DNA of 21,386 nt, taken from contig JANLPS010000139.1 of NCBI GenBank assembly GCA_031367385.1, positions 1 through 21,386 of the forward strand, in the 5' to 3' direction. Of this stretch, positions 7,182 to 15,776 are shown piece after piece. The position numbers and the translations under genes were made by a program. The notes under the pieces were generated by a model that was given only the letters and a program-made list of their open reading frames with translations, made no database searches and had not been told where the DNA came from. This stretch comes from Archangium sp. GTDB lineage: Bacteria > Myxococcota > Myxococcia > Myxococcales > Myxococcaceae. Numbering within the stretch: position 1 is the stretch's first letter; the number at the start of each line of letters is the position of its first letter.

Positions 7182-8315
7182 GTGCCTGGTCTTCATCACC
7201 TTCGTTGGTCGGGCTTCGGCCTCGCGATGCTGCTCGCTGCCACCGCGTGCCTGGGCGGCTGTCAGGCCCCGGTCTGTGTCGCCGGTGAGACGCGGGCCTG
7301 TCTTGGGGCCGGAGCATGCCAGGGCAGCCAAGCCTGCAACGCAGAGGGGAGCGGCCTCGGCAGCTGCGACTGCGGGTCGGGGGCGGTTGGCGGCTCAGCA
7401 GACGCGGGCGCAGACGCCGGAACCGACGGTGGCGCGAGCGCAAGCGTTGACGCGGGCAACGCGGTGCCCATCGCCATGGGTCAGACCGGGCCCCTGGGCA
7501 TCGCCGTCGATGCGACGCACGTCTATTGGACGACGTACGGTGATGGCACGGTGATGAAGGTGCCGCTCGCAGGCGGGAGCGCCCTGCCGCTCGCGTCGAA
7601 TCTCGCCACGACCAGTCGTCACCCCAGCGCGATCGCAGTCAACGCGACCTTCGTGTACTGGACGACGACCGGAGATGGCACCGTCATGAAGGTGCCTCTG
7701 AGCGGTGGCACCCCCAGCGCGTTGGTGCCAGCACAAGGTGCCTCGCAGGGCCTCGCGGTCAGCGCGAAGGGCGTCTACTGGACGAGCACACTCGCTGGCG
7801 CCGTGATGAAGAGCGCCCTCGATGGAGGCTCACTCACCACCTTGGCTGACGGGCAATCGAACCCCCGAGGCATCGCGGTCGACGCGAACAGCGTCTACTG
7901 GGTCAACGGAGGCACGACGGCGAACGGGGGCTCGGTGATGAAGGTCTCCGAAGGTGGCGGCACCGCGGTCACGCTCGCGACGGTGCCGAGCTACCCCTGG
8001 GCCCTCGCGGTCGATGCCACCAGCGTCTATTGGACGAACTACGACGGCAAGGTGCTCAAGGTCTCGGTGAATGGAGGCGCGGTCACCACGGTGTCGAACG
8101 GGCCCGCCGAGGCTCGCGCGATCGCCGTCGACGAGGTCAACGTGTATTGGGCGACGTACTTCGAGGGCAAGGTGATGAGCGCTCCCTTGAACGGAGGCCC
8201 GATCAGGGTGCTCGCGTCAGGGCAGGGCGCACCGCAGGGCCTCGCGGTCGACGAGAAAAACCTCTACTGGACCAATGGGTACACCGGCACGGTGATGAAG
8301 CTCGCCAAGCCGTAG
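7182..8315 (+). CDS. Lipoprotein with Cys-rich N-domain and a 7-repeat YW beta-propeller
   Basis: Signal peptide ending LGGC, then a Cys motif CVAGETRAC...CQGSQAC...SCDC, a DAG linker, and seven (I/L)AV(D/N/S)xxx(V/L)YW repeats. Confidence 0.85.
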   Translation: MPGLHHLRWSGFGLAMLLAATACLGGCQAPVCVAGETRACLGAGACQGSQACNAEGSGLGSCDCGSGAVGGSADAGADAGTDGGASASVDAGNAVPIAMGQTGPLGIAVDATHVYWTTYGDGTVMKVPLAGGSALPLASNLATTSRHPSAIAVNATFVYWTTTGDGTVMKVPLSGGTPSALVPAQGASQGLAVSAKGVYWTSTLAGAVMKSALDGGSLTTLADGQSNPRGIAVDANSVYWVNGGTTANGGSVMKVSEGGGTAVTLATVPSYPWALAVDATSVYWTNYDGKVLKVSVNGGAVTTVSNGPAEARAIAVDEVNVYWATYFEGKVMSAPLNGGPIRVLASGQGAPQGLAVDEKNLYWTNGYTGTVMKLAKP

Positions 8316-8319
8316 CCCC

Positions 8320-8412
8320 CCGCTCGTCCTGAGGGTCGAAGGACCCCCGTCCAGCCAGGCTGACTTCTTCGATGACCCTGGCTTCATCCTTCGAGAACCT
8401 CAGGATGAGCGG
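8320..8412. repeat. Inverted pair of REP-like hairpin repeats forming a long stem-loop
   Basis: CCGCTCGTCCTGAGGGTCGAAGGA (8320-8343) against the reverse complement of 8387-8412, CCGCTCATCCTGAGGTTCTCGAAGGA. Inner inverted repeat AGCCAGG (8353-8359) / CCTGGCT (8377-8383). Confidence 0.75.
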
Positions 8413-8473
8413 CCTGTTTGCGCCGCGACTGCCGCAGCTGCACACGGTGTCGCCCTGCATTAGAGCCTTGCCC

Positions 8474-9385
8474 ATGCTGGTCTCTTCCCTCGGGTTTCGA
8501 CGCTTCACGCTGGTGACGCTGGGCTTTTGTCTCGGGGTCATCGTCTGGGGCGCGTTCGTTCGAGCGACCGGCTCGGGGGCTGGGTGCGGAGATCACTGGC
8601 CCAACTGCAATGGCGAGCTCATGCCCCGGGCGCCGACCACGCAGACGTTGATTGAGCTGACGCATCGTCTGACGAGCGGGTTGTCGCTGGTCTCGGTGGT
8701 GGTGATGTTCGCCTGGGCCCGGCGTGCGCACCCCCAGGGTCACGCGGTGCGACGCTCGGCGGGGTGGTCGCTCGGGTTGATGATCAGCGAGGCGCTGCTC
8801 GGAGCGATGTTGGTGAAGCTCGAGCTGGTCGCCAACAACGCCACGGCGAATCGGGCCTTCGCGATGTCACTGCACCTGATGAACACCTTCTTGCTGCTGG
8901 CCGCGATCACCTCGACCGCCGTCTGGGCCTGGCGCGGAGATCGCAAGGTCACCTGGTCGGGCGTGCCGGCATTTTTTCTCGCCGCGGCGTTCGGGCTCAC
9001 CGCGCTGGTCGGCGTCACCGGAGCGGTGACCGCGCTGGGAGACACGCTCCACCAGCAGGAGCAGCACAACGCCTTCGTCGAAGTGCTGATTCGATTTCGA
9101 ATCGTGCACCCCTTGAGCGCCATCGCCGCGACGTTGAGCGTGTTGGCCGCGGCGAGCGTCGCCCGGGCCCGAGCGGGCATCTGGGCCACGGCGTTGATGA
9201 GCGTGGTGTTGATGCAGGTGGTGGTGGGGCTGATCAACGTGCAGCTCGCGGCGCCGACCGCGGTGCAGCTGGTGCACTTGCTGTTGGCTGACTCGGTGTG
9301 GGTGCTGCTGGTGGTGGTCTCGCGGGTGCAGCTGGGTGAGCCGCGCTTGCAACTGCCTGCGCAACGCGTTGGGGTGACCGCATGA
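8474..9385 (+). CDS. ctaA: Heme A synthase, CtaA/COX15 family
   Basis: Multi-TM protein with GAFVRATGSGAGCGDHWPNCNG (Cys pair), IELTHR, HLMN, HPL and HLLLA. ATG 8474 is preferred because the longer start lies within the repeat. Confidence 0.85.
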   Translation: MLVSSLGFRRFTLVTLGFCLGVIVWGAFVRATGSGAGCGDHWPNCNGELMPRAPTTQTLIELTHRLTSGLSLVSVVVMFAWARRAHPQGHAVRRSAGWSLGLMISEALLGAMLVKLELVANNATANRAFAMSLHLMNTFLLLAAITSTAVWAWRGDRKVTWSGVPAFFLAAAFGLTALVGVTGAVTALGDTLHQQEQHNAFVEVLIRFRIVHPLSAIAATLSVLAAASVARARAGIWATALMSVVLMQVVVGLINVQLAAPTAVQLVHLLLADSVWVLLVVVSRVQLGEPRLQLPAQRVGVTA

Positions 9386-10188
9386 CGACCCTGGTGGCGG
9401 CGGCGCAAATGACCAGTGGAGCCGACAAGGCTCACAACGTGAAGACCGCCACCGAGCTGATTCGTCGCGCGGCGGGCCTGGGAGCGACGTTCATCGGGTT
9501 GCCTGAGAATTTCTCGTGGATGGGCCCCGAGGCCGAGCGGGTCGCCGCCGCCGAGTCACTCGAAGGGCCGACGCTCTCGCAGTTCGCGCAACTGGCGCGC
9601 TCGCTGAAGGTGACCCTGCTGGCAGGGTCGGTGCTCGAGACCGGGGCTCCGGGTGATCGGCTGTTCAACACCAGCGTGCTCTTCGGGCCCGATGGCGCGC
9701 GGCTCGGCGTCTATCGAAAGATTCACCTCTTCGACGTCGAGGTGGGAGACGGGCAGACGTACCGCGAGTCGGCGGCCGTCGCTCCCGGCAGTGAGGTGGT
9801 GGTGGCCGAGGCGCCGCTGGGCAAGGTCGGCATGTCGGTGTGTTACGACCTGCGATTTCCCGAGCTATATCGGCAGCTCTCGCAGAATGGCGCCGTGTTG
9901 CTCACCGTGCCCGCCGCGTTCACCGTGGCGACCGGCAAAGACCACTGGGAGGTCTTGCTGCGGGCCCGCGCGATTGAAAATCAGGCGTACGTGCTCGCTC
10001 CAGCGCAGCAGGGGCGGCACCCGAAAGATCGAATGACCTGGGGCCACGCGATGCTGGTCGACCCGTGGGGGTTGGTGACGGCGCGCGCTTCAGAGGGTGA
10101 AGGGCTGGCGGTCGGCGAGGTGAACCTCGAGGCGCTGGCGCGCATTCGACGAACCTTGCCGGCGCTCGAGCATCGACGGCTGCGCTGA
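9382..10188 (+). CDS. Carbon-nitrogen hydrolase (Nit1/YbeM type, probable deaminated-glutathione amidase)
   Basis: Catalytic E-K-C motifs LPENF, YRKIHLFD and CYDLRFPE, plus HWEVLLRARAIENQ. ATGA overlap with ctaA. Confidence 0.93.
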   Translation: MTTLVAAAQMTSGADKAHNVKTATELIRRAAGLGATFIGLPENFSWMGPEAERVAAAESLEGPTLSQFAQLARSLKVTLLAGSVLETGAPGDRLFNTSVLFGPDGARLGVYRKIHLFDVEVGDGQTYRESAAVAPGSEVVVAEAPLGKVGMSVCYDLRFPELYRQLSQNGAVLLTVPAAFTVATGKDHWEVLLRARAIENQAYVLAPAQQGRHPKDRMTWGHAMLVDPWGLVTARASEGEGLAVGEVNLEALARIRRTLPALEHRRLR

Positions 10189-10236
10189 GGCGCCGCGCCC
10201 AGGTGACCCGCTTCTGGCCTGGCGTGATAACGCGCC

Positions 10237-10258
10237 CGGTTTTCTCAATGAGAAACCG
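10237..10258. promoter_or_regulatory. Palindromic operator-like site upstream of the epoxide hydrolase
   Basis: Perfect 7-1-7 palindrome TTTCTCA-A-TGAGAAA (10241-10255) flanked by CGGT and CCG. GCAATTGC follows at 10261-10268. Confidence 0.4.
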
Positions 10259-10346
10259 ACGCAATTGCTTCGTAGAAGGCCGACAAGTCATGCCGTCTCC
10301 CCAGGCCGCGTGACACGGATGCCGCGTTCACGCATGGTCGCCGACA

Positions 10347-11441
10347 ATGACAAGCAGCAGAGATGCTCGCGCGCAACCCTTCCAAATCGACGTGCCGACT
10401 GAAGTTCTCGATGACCTGCGCCTGCGGCTGCGCCAAACCAGATGGCCCGAGCAGCTCCCCGGTATCGGGTGGGCCCAGGGCACCGACCAAGACTGGCTGC
10501 GGCAGCTCGTCTGGTATTGGGCCGATACATTCGATTGGCGCGTGTGGCAACGGAGGCTCAATGCGCTCCAACACTTCACGTATGAGGGCGTTCATTTCGT
10601 TCACCAGCGCGCGGCCTCCGGTCGGGGCATGCCTTTGATTCTCACGCACGGCTGGCCCGGGAGTTTTCTCGACTATGTCGGCCTGTTGCCAATGCTTGAA
10701 GCGTTCGACGTGGTCGTGCCTTCTCTGCCCGGGTATGGATTTTCGCCGCGCCCGGCCGAGGTTGGCCTGCACTACCGACATGTGTCGGAGCGCTGGCATC
10801 GCCTCATGACCGCGCTGGGGTACTCGCGCTACGGCGCCGGCGGCGGTGACTTTGGCGCCGGAGTTTCAACCTTCCTCGCGCTCGACCACCCCGAAGCCGT
10901 GATCGGCCTCCACCTCACCACCGCAGAGCTCACGCCCAAGGCTGATGGCGCGGCGCTCACTGACGAAGAGCAGGCGTACCTTGCAGTCAATCGCCACTGG
11001 GCTGCGCGCGAGCGGGGGTACAGCTCAATACAGTCGACCAAACCTCAGACCATCGGCTACGGCCTGAACGATTCTCCGGCCGGGTTGGCAGCGTACTTGG
11101 GCGAGAAGTGGCGTTCATGGAGCGATGTCACCCCAGCCGACGATTTTCTCTGTGCGACGTTTACGCTGTATTGGGTCACTCAGACGGTCACATCATCGAT
11201 GCGCGATTATTGGGACAATCGCTGGTACCCGGTCGAGCCCACCTTCGTTCAGACGCCGACGGCGTTCGGTGTCTTTGCGAATGAGACGGTACCCGAAGGT
11301 GCACCACCGCGCTCGTATCTCGAGCGTCTGTACAACGTCAGCCGCTGGACCGTTTTTTCGCACGGGGGCCACTTCGCACCAGTCGAGCAACCTGCGGCCG
11401 TCGCCGACGATCTCGCCGCGTTCTTCTGCGAGCGGCGTTGA
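10347..11441 (+). CDS. Epoxide hydrolase (EHN N-domain + alpha/beta hydrolase)
   Basis: PFQIDVP..LDDLRLRL..TRWP, FDWR, HGWPGSF, PSLPGYGFS, GGDFG (nucleophile Asp), DSPAGLAA and GGHFA. Confidence 0.93.
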   Translation: MTSSRDARAQPFQIDVPTEVLDDLRLRLRQTRWPEQLPGIGWAQGTDQDWLRQLVWYWADTFDWRVWQRRLNALQHFTYEGVHFVHQRAASGRGMPLILTHGWPGSFLDYVGLLPMLEAFDVVVPSLPGYGFSPRPAEVGLHYRHVSERWHRLMTALGYSRYGAGGGDFGAGVSTFLALDHPEAVIGLHLTTAELTPKADGAALTDEEQAYLAVNRHWAARERGYSSIQSTKPQTIGYGLNDSPAGLAAYLGEKWRSWSDVTPADDFLCATFTLYWVTQTVTSSMRDYWDNRWYPVEPTFVQTPTAFGVFANETVPEGAPPRSYLERLYNVSRWTVFSHGGHFAPVEQPAAVADDLAAFFCERR

Positions 11442-11462
11442 CGCGACCCACTTCTGCTGCCT

Positions 11463-12839
11463 TCAGAGCGAGCGCACCTTGAACGAACGGCCTTTGATCT
11501 TGCCGTTGCGCAGGCCGTGCAGCGCGCGCTCTGAGCGTTCTTTGCGAATGGCGACGTAGGTGCGGCTGGGGTGAACGTCGATTTTGCCGACGTCGGTGCC
11601 CGCCAGGCCAATCTCTTGCGTCAGCGCGCCCAGCAGGTCACCGGGGCGCAGCTTGTCTTGTTTGCCGCCGTCGATGAGCAGGGTCACCATCGCCACGGGG
11701 GCCGGAGGCGGCAGGGCCTCGGCGCCGGTGAGGTTCAGCTCTCCCCAGCGAACCGGCTTGCCCCGTCTGGCTTCGATGGCGTCGACCCGCTCGCGCTCCC
11801 GTCGGGAGCACAGCGAGAAGGCCAGGCCCTTTTCACCGGCTCGCCCGGTGCGGCCGATGCGGTGCACGTGTTGATCTGGGTCGGTGGGCAGCTCATACGA
11901 GATGACGGCCGGCAGTTGCTTGATGTCGAGGCCACGGGCGGCGACGTCGGTCGCGACCAGAATCGAGCAGCTCTTGTTGACGAAGCGCAGCAGCACTTCG
12001 TCGCGGTCGCGTTGCTCGAGCTCTCCATGGAGCGCCAGCACCGAGAACCCGCGCTGGCCAAGCTGCTCGGTCACATCGCGTACGTCGTTTCGGGTGTGAC
12101 AGAAGATGAGCGTCGATTCGGGCGTGTACTGGTGAAGCAGCACGGTCAGCGCGTCGAGCTTCTGGTTGGGTGAGACGTCGAAAAAAATCTCCTCGATGTC
12201 GTCGGCGTCGGCCGGCGTCTCGACGGTGATCTCCACCGGGGCGCGCTGGAGGTCGCGGCTGAGGCTTTGAATATCGGGCGGGTAGGTGGCTGAGAAGAGC
12301 AGGGTCTGGCGGGCCTTCGCGGTCTGGGCCACCACGTCGCGAATCGATTCGGCGAACCCCAGGGCGAGCATGCGGTCGGCTTCATCGAGCACCAGAACAG
12401 AGAGCGTTCGCAGGTCGATGGTCTCGCGGCGCAGATGGTCGAGAATTCGACCCGGAGTACCCACCACCACCTGCGGCGGCTGCTCGAGCGAGGGCAGTTG
12501 GGTGCGAACGGGCACGCCCCCGCAGAGGGTCACGATTCGGCAGTTCGGTATGAAGCGGGCCAACCGGCGCAGCTCGGCGCTCACTTGATCGGCGAGCTCG
12601 CGGGTCGGGCAGAGCACCAGCGATTGCACCCGTGCCTGCGCGACGTCGATGTTGGTCAAGACGCCGAGGCCGAACGCGACCGTCTTGCCGCTGCCGGTGC
12701 GCGCCCGGGCGATCACGTCTTTGCCCTCGAGAATCGGAGGCACCGCCTGCACCTGAACCGGCGTCATGGAAGCAAAACCCAAGACTTCGATTGCTCGGGC
12801 CAGCGGGGCTTTCAACGCGAGCGCTTCGAAACCAGACAT
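11463..12839 (-). CDS. dbpA: ATP-dependent DEAD-box RNA helicase DbpA
   Basis: Q motif MTPVQ, TGSGKT, PTRELA, TPGR, DEAD, SAT, ARGLD and HRIGRTGR, then the C-terminal DbpA RNA-binding domain (GGKQDKLRPGDLLGAL...KIKGR). Start ATG 12839 (MSGFEAL). Confidence 0.95.
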   Translation of the reverse strand: MSGFEALALKAPLARAIEVLGFASMTPVQVQAVPPILEGKDVIARARTGSGKTVAFGLGVLTNIDVAQARVQSLVLCPTRELADQVSAELRRLARFIPNCRIVTLCGGVPVRTQLPSLEQPPQVVVGTPGRILDHLRRETIDLRTLSVLVLDEADRMLALGFAESIRDVVAQTAKARQTLLFSATYPPDIQSLSRDLQRAPVEITVETPADADDIEEIFFDVSPNQKLDALTVLLHQYTPESTLIFCHTRNDVRDVTEQLGQRGFSVLALHGELEQRDRDEVLLRFVNKSCSILVATDVAARGLDIKQLPAVISYELPTDPDQHVHRIGRTGRAGEKGLAFSLCSRRERERVDAIEARRGKPVRWGELNLTGAEALPPPAPVAMVTLLIDGGKQDKLRPGDLLGALTQEIGLAGTDVGKIDVHPSRTYVAIRKERSERALHGLRNGKIKGRSFKVRSL

Positions 12840-12896
12840 TCGCCGCTCGTAGCACCCTCTTGCATCGTGGGCAGTGGGCGTCTTGAAGTAGCCATG

Positions 12897-12932
12897 CATA
12901 TGATAATCATAATGATAATCATGAATATTATA
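12897..12932. promoter_or_regulatory. AT-rich tandem Fur-box-like operator between divergent dbpA and bioA
   Basis: ATGATAATCAT occurs at 12900-12910 and 12912-12922, each a 5-1-5 palindrome. 12908-12926 matches the classical Fur box GATAATGATAATCATTATC at 15/19 positions. Confidence 0.55.
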
Positions 12933-12988
12933 GGCGTGCTGGTGACTTGGTCTGCTCAGCTCCGTGGGAGAGCGCTAAGGGGGCGTGC

Positions 12989-14251
12989 GTGGCTCCCGAC
13001 CGCAGGCCTGCATTGTGGTACCCGTACGCGCCACTGGGTGCGATGCGCCCGCCGCTCGAGGTGGTCTCCGCGGCTGGGGTGCGGCTGCGGCTGGCCGACG
13101 GCCGTGAGCTCATCGACGGAGTCGCTTCGTGGTGGTGCGTGCTTCACGGCTACAACCACCCTTCGCTCAACCGGGCCATCGAGCAGCAGCTGGGCCGCTT
13201 CGCGCATGTAATGCTGGGCGGGCTGGTGCACGACGGAGCCCGGCGGCTGGCCGACCGGTTGGTCTCGCTCTACCCGGGCATGCAGGCCTGTTTCTTCGGC
13301 GATTCGGGGTCGGTGGGGGTCGAGATTGCCCTCAAGATGGCGGTTCAGTACTGGGTCAACTGTGGAGCCCGCGGTAAATCGAGCTTCGTGGCGCTCTCGG
13401 GCGGGTACCACGGTGACACCGTCGGCGCGATGTCGGTCGGAGAGCCCGACGACCTGATGACCGCCGCCTTCTCTGGGATGATGCGCTCACAGCACTTCGT
13501 GCCCCGGCCCGAGGGGTGGCCAGCGAAGAACCTCGAAGCGTGTCTCGACTCGCTCGAGGCGACGCTCAAGGAGCATGCAGGCACGGTGGCGGCCTTCATC
13601 TGCGAGCCGGTGCTTCAGGGGTACGGCGGGTTTCAGCCGTACGACCCAGAATATCTGCGTCGAGCGCGGGCCCTCTGCGACCAGTACGACGTGTTGATGA
13701 TCTTCGACGAGGTGGCGACCGGCTTTGGGCGCACCGGCACCCTCTTCGCGTGCGAGCACACTGGCATCGCCCCTGACATCGCGGTGCTCGGCAAGGGCCT
13801 CTCGGCGGGGTACCTCGGGCTCTCGGCGACGCTGGCCAATGAACGGGTGTACTCCGCGTTCTTCTCGCCTGACCCGAGCAAGGCGTTCATGCACGGGCCG
13901 ACGTTCATGGGCAACGCCCTGGCCTGCGCGGTCGCGCTCGAGAGCCTCGACCTGTTTTTTTCGCAGAAGCGCCTCGACGATGTGAAGCGAATCGAGTCGG
14001 TGCTGCGTCAAGAGCTGGGCAGCTTCACCCACCCCCTGGTGCGCGAAGTGCGGGTGTTCGGCGCGATGGCGGTGCTCGAGACCGTCGACTCGAAGGCCTG
14101 GCACGGGCTGCGCGAATTCGCGGTCGAGCGCGGGGTGTGGCTGCGGCCTTTTGCGCGCTTCGTCTACACCATGCCGCCGCTGACCATCTCGAACGATGAG
14201 GTTCGCTCGGTATGCGGGGTGATGAAGGCCTGGTTCGCTGCTGCTCAGTGA
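12989..14251 (+). CDS. bioA: Adenosylmethionine--8-amino-7-oxononanoate aminotransferase
   Basis: Motifs WYPY, DGVASWW, DSGSVGVEIALKMA, GYHGDT, IFDEVATGFGRTG, LGKGL (PLP Lys) and FMHGPTFMGN. GTG 12989 follows AAGGGGG; the alternative start is TTG 12947. Confidence 0.92.
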   Translation: MAPDRRPALWYPYAPLGAMRPPLEVVSAAGVRLRLADGRELIDGVASWWCVLHGYNHPSLNRAIEQQLGRFAHVMLGGLVHDGARRLADRLVSLYPGMQACFFGDSGSVGVEIALKMAVQYWVNCGARGKSSFVALSGGYHGDTVGAMSVGEPDDLMTAAFSGMMRSQHFVPRPEGWPAKNLEACLDSLEATLKEHAGTVAAFICEPVLQGYGGFQPYDPEYLRRARALCDQYDVLMIFDEVATGFGRTGTLFACEHTGIAPDIAVLGKGLSAGYLGLSATLANERVYSAFFSPDPSKAFMHGPTFMGNALACAVALESLDLFFSQKRLDDVKRIESVLRQELGSFTHPLVREVRVFGAMAVLETVDSKAWHGLREFAVERGVWLRPFARFVYTMPPLTISNDEVRSVCGVMKAWFAAAQ

Positions 14252-15651
14252 CAGACTTCGCTGCGAAGCGGAGCCCGAGTGCGCTGGTGGTGTCGAAACT
14301 CAGAGCCGTTGCGCGCGGCGTTCACGTTGAGGGTGTGCATGCGGCTGCCATCATCGCGTGCCAGAAACGCCAAGCCCTCTTGCTCGCCGGTGGTGTCGAT
14401 TGAGAACAGCCGCAGCACGGTGCCGGTCTCGAGGTCGAGCTTGAACACGTTCTTCTGCGAATCATCGGTGGCCATATACAGCGCTGACTCGAAGACCTTC
14501 GCGCCTTGAACTCGCCCGAGCGGCGTACCCACCGGCATCGTCAGCGGGAGCGACCGGTTCAGCACCATCGTCGACAAGGTGAAGATATTGAGCTGCATCG
14601 TCGGGTCCCACTCCGCGAGGTAGGCCTCGTTGCGCGGGCCGTTCACCGCGACCCAGGGCACGCCCTTGGTCTGCAAGGTGTTCGAAATCGAATAGGTCGT
14701 GCCCGGCGAGAGCGACTGTGGGTTGTAGGTCACGACCTTCGGGTTCGCGTAGTTCTTCGAGCCGTCTTCGATGGGCGCGTACAGCGTACCGTTGACGACA
14801 TCGATGTCGCCGATGTGGTCGCTCCCCGCCAGCCCCAGCAGGAAGGGAATCGCCACGGGATTCGACTTCTCGGACTTGGTGAGCTCGAGGTTGGTGCGCT
14901 CGAGCGAGAGCGTACCGCTGAAGAACCAGGACACGCCGTCGGTGGCGACCCCTTGCCCGCGACCCAGCGCGGTCGAGCCCGAGAACGAGTCGATAGTGGG
15001 CAGCTGCGCCCAGGTCTCGTCATCGACCTGGCGAATGAACCGGTCGAGCGCCACGGCCGGCGCGAGTGCCACGCGCCCGCTGATCAACTGCCCGACCCGC
15101 GAGCTGACGTCGCTGAGCGTGATGAGCGACAGGGGCACCGGGAGCGCCGCCGGGCTGGTCGCGACCACCTTGAGCCCATTGGTCGAGTCATTGTCTTCGT
15201 CGAGGCTGAACAGCAGCACGAGGGCTTTCTCGAGCTCGGCGGTGCGCGTGCAGGTCGACCCGACCAACTGCCAGGCCGTGACCTTGGCGGCTGGGGTGAC
15301 CGGCGCGAAGTTCACGTCGCCGACGCTGAAGACGACCTGTTGCCCTGGAGCCGCGACGAAGGCGCCAGTGGCATCGGTGACGCCTTGCACCGAGCCGCTC
15401 GAGTAGCGAACGCCGGCGATTGCGCCCGGCCAGGGCCCTGGGCCGCCGACCAATTGACCGGAGGTGACCCCGGCGTCGAGGCCGAGAAGGGGCCCGGCGT
15501 CATTGGTGCCCGAATCACTCGTCACGGCGGCGTCGCTTCCCGTCACGACGGTGCCCGAGTCCGGTCCACCGACGACTCCGGCGTCGCCATCGCCAGGGGC
15601 CCCCGCGCAGGCCGCGAAAAGCAACGCATTGACGATAATCAGGGCTCGCAC
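14245..15651 (-). CDS. Hypothetical lipoprotein (DAG linker, beta-rich domain, C-terminal propeller-like domain)
   Basis: GTG 15651 gives MRALIIVNALLFAAC (lipobox-like), followed by a GDAG/DSG linker. The C-terminus has QGVATDG, HIGDID, VQGAKV and EQEGL blade-like segments. Overlaps the bioA end by 7 nt. Confidence 0.8.
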   Translation of the reverse strand: MRALIIVNALLFAACAGAPGDGDAGVVGGPDSGTVVTGSDAAVTSDSGTNDAGPLLGLDAGVTSGQLVGGPGPWPGAIAGVRYSSGSVQGVTDATGAFVAAPGQQVVFSVGDVNFAPVTPAAKVTAWQLVGSTCTRTAELEKALVLLFSLDEDNDSTNGLKVVATSPAALPVPLSLITLSDVSSRVGQLISGRVALAPAVALDRFIRQVDDETWAQLPTIDSFSGSTALGRGQGVATDGVSWFFSGTLSLERTNLELTKSEKSNPVAIPFLLGLAGSDHIGDIDVVNGTLYAPIEDGSKNYANPKVVTYNPQSLSPGTTYSISNTLQTKGVPWVAVNGPRNEAYLAEWDPTMQLNIFTLSTMVLNRSLPLTMPVGTPLGRVQGAKVFESALYMATDDSQKNVFKLDLETGTVLRLFSIDTTGEQEGLAFLARDDGSRMHTLNVNAARNGSEFRHHQRTRAPLRSEVCH

Positions 15652-15716
15652 CGAACCCTGGTAGCCGCAGAACCCCTCGCCCGTCAATCGAAGGGGCTTT
15701 CGGCTCGAAGCACGAA

Positions 15717-15747
15717 GCCCGTTCAAGACGCGGGGTCTTGAACGGGC
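15717..15747 (-). terminator. Probable intrinsic terminator after the 122-aa gene
   Basis: Perfect 13-bp stem GCCCGTTCAAGAC / GTCTTGAACGGGC with a 5-nt loop, about 30 nt past the stop at 15777. Followed by TTCGTGCTT on the minus strand (weak U tract). Confidence 0.6.
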
Positions 15748-15776
15748 GGTTTCAGCCACATCGGGAGCCTTGAAAA

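Noticed and set aside
7490..8310. Periodic DNA repeats as a possible CRISPR or tandem array
   Set aside because: They are imperfect, in-frame and explained by propeller blades. There are no identical repeats with unique spacers.
9550..9568. GAG-TCA-CTC-GA-AGG repeat-like core in the nitrilase gene
   Set aside because: It encodes ordinary residues (ESLEG) and lacks the outer stem and flank, so it is likely chance.
12435..13211. ORF containing MHMIIIMIIMNII
   Set aside because: This is a translation of the AT-rich operator-like repeat, and it overlaps dbpA and bioA.
14506..15741. Long 411-aa plus-strand ORF and similar Arg-rich antisense ORFs
   Set aside because: These are shadow ORFs typical of high-GC DNA. 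The opposite strand has the signal peptide or family motifs.
15680..15750. Further copy of the REP-like repeat (CCCGTTCAA, TCGAAGG fragments)
   Set aside because: Only short fragments match and the GAG-N3-CTC-GA core is absent. At most a remnant.
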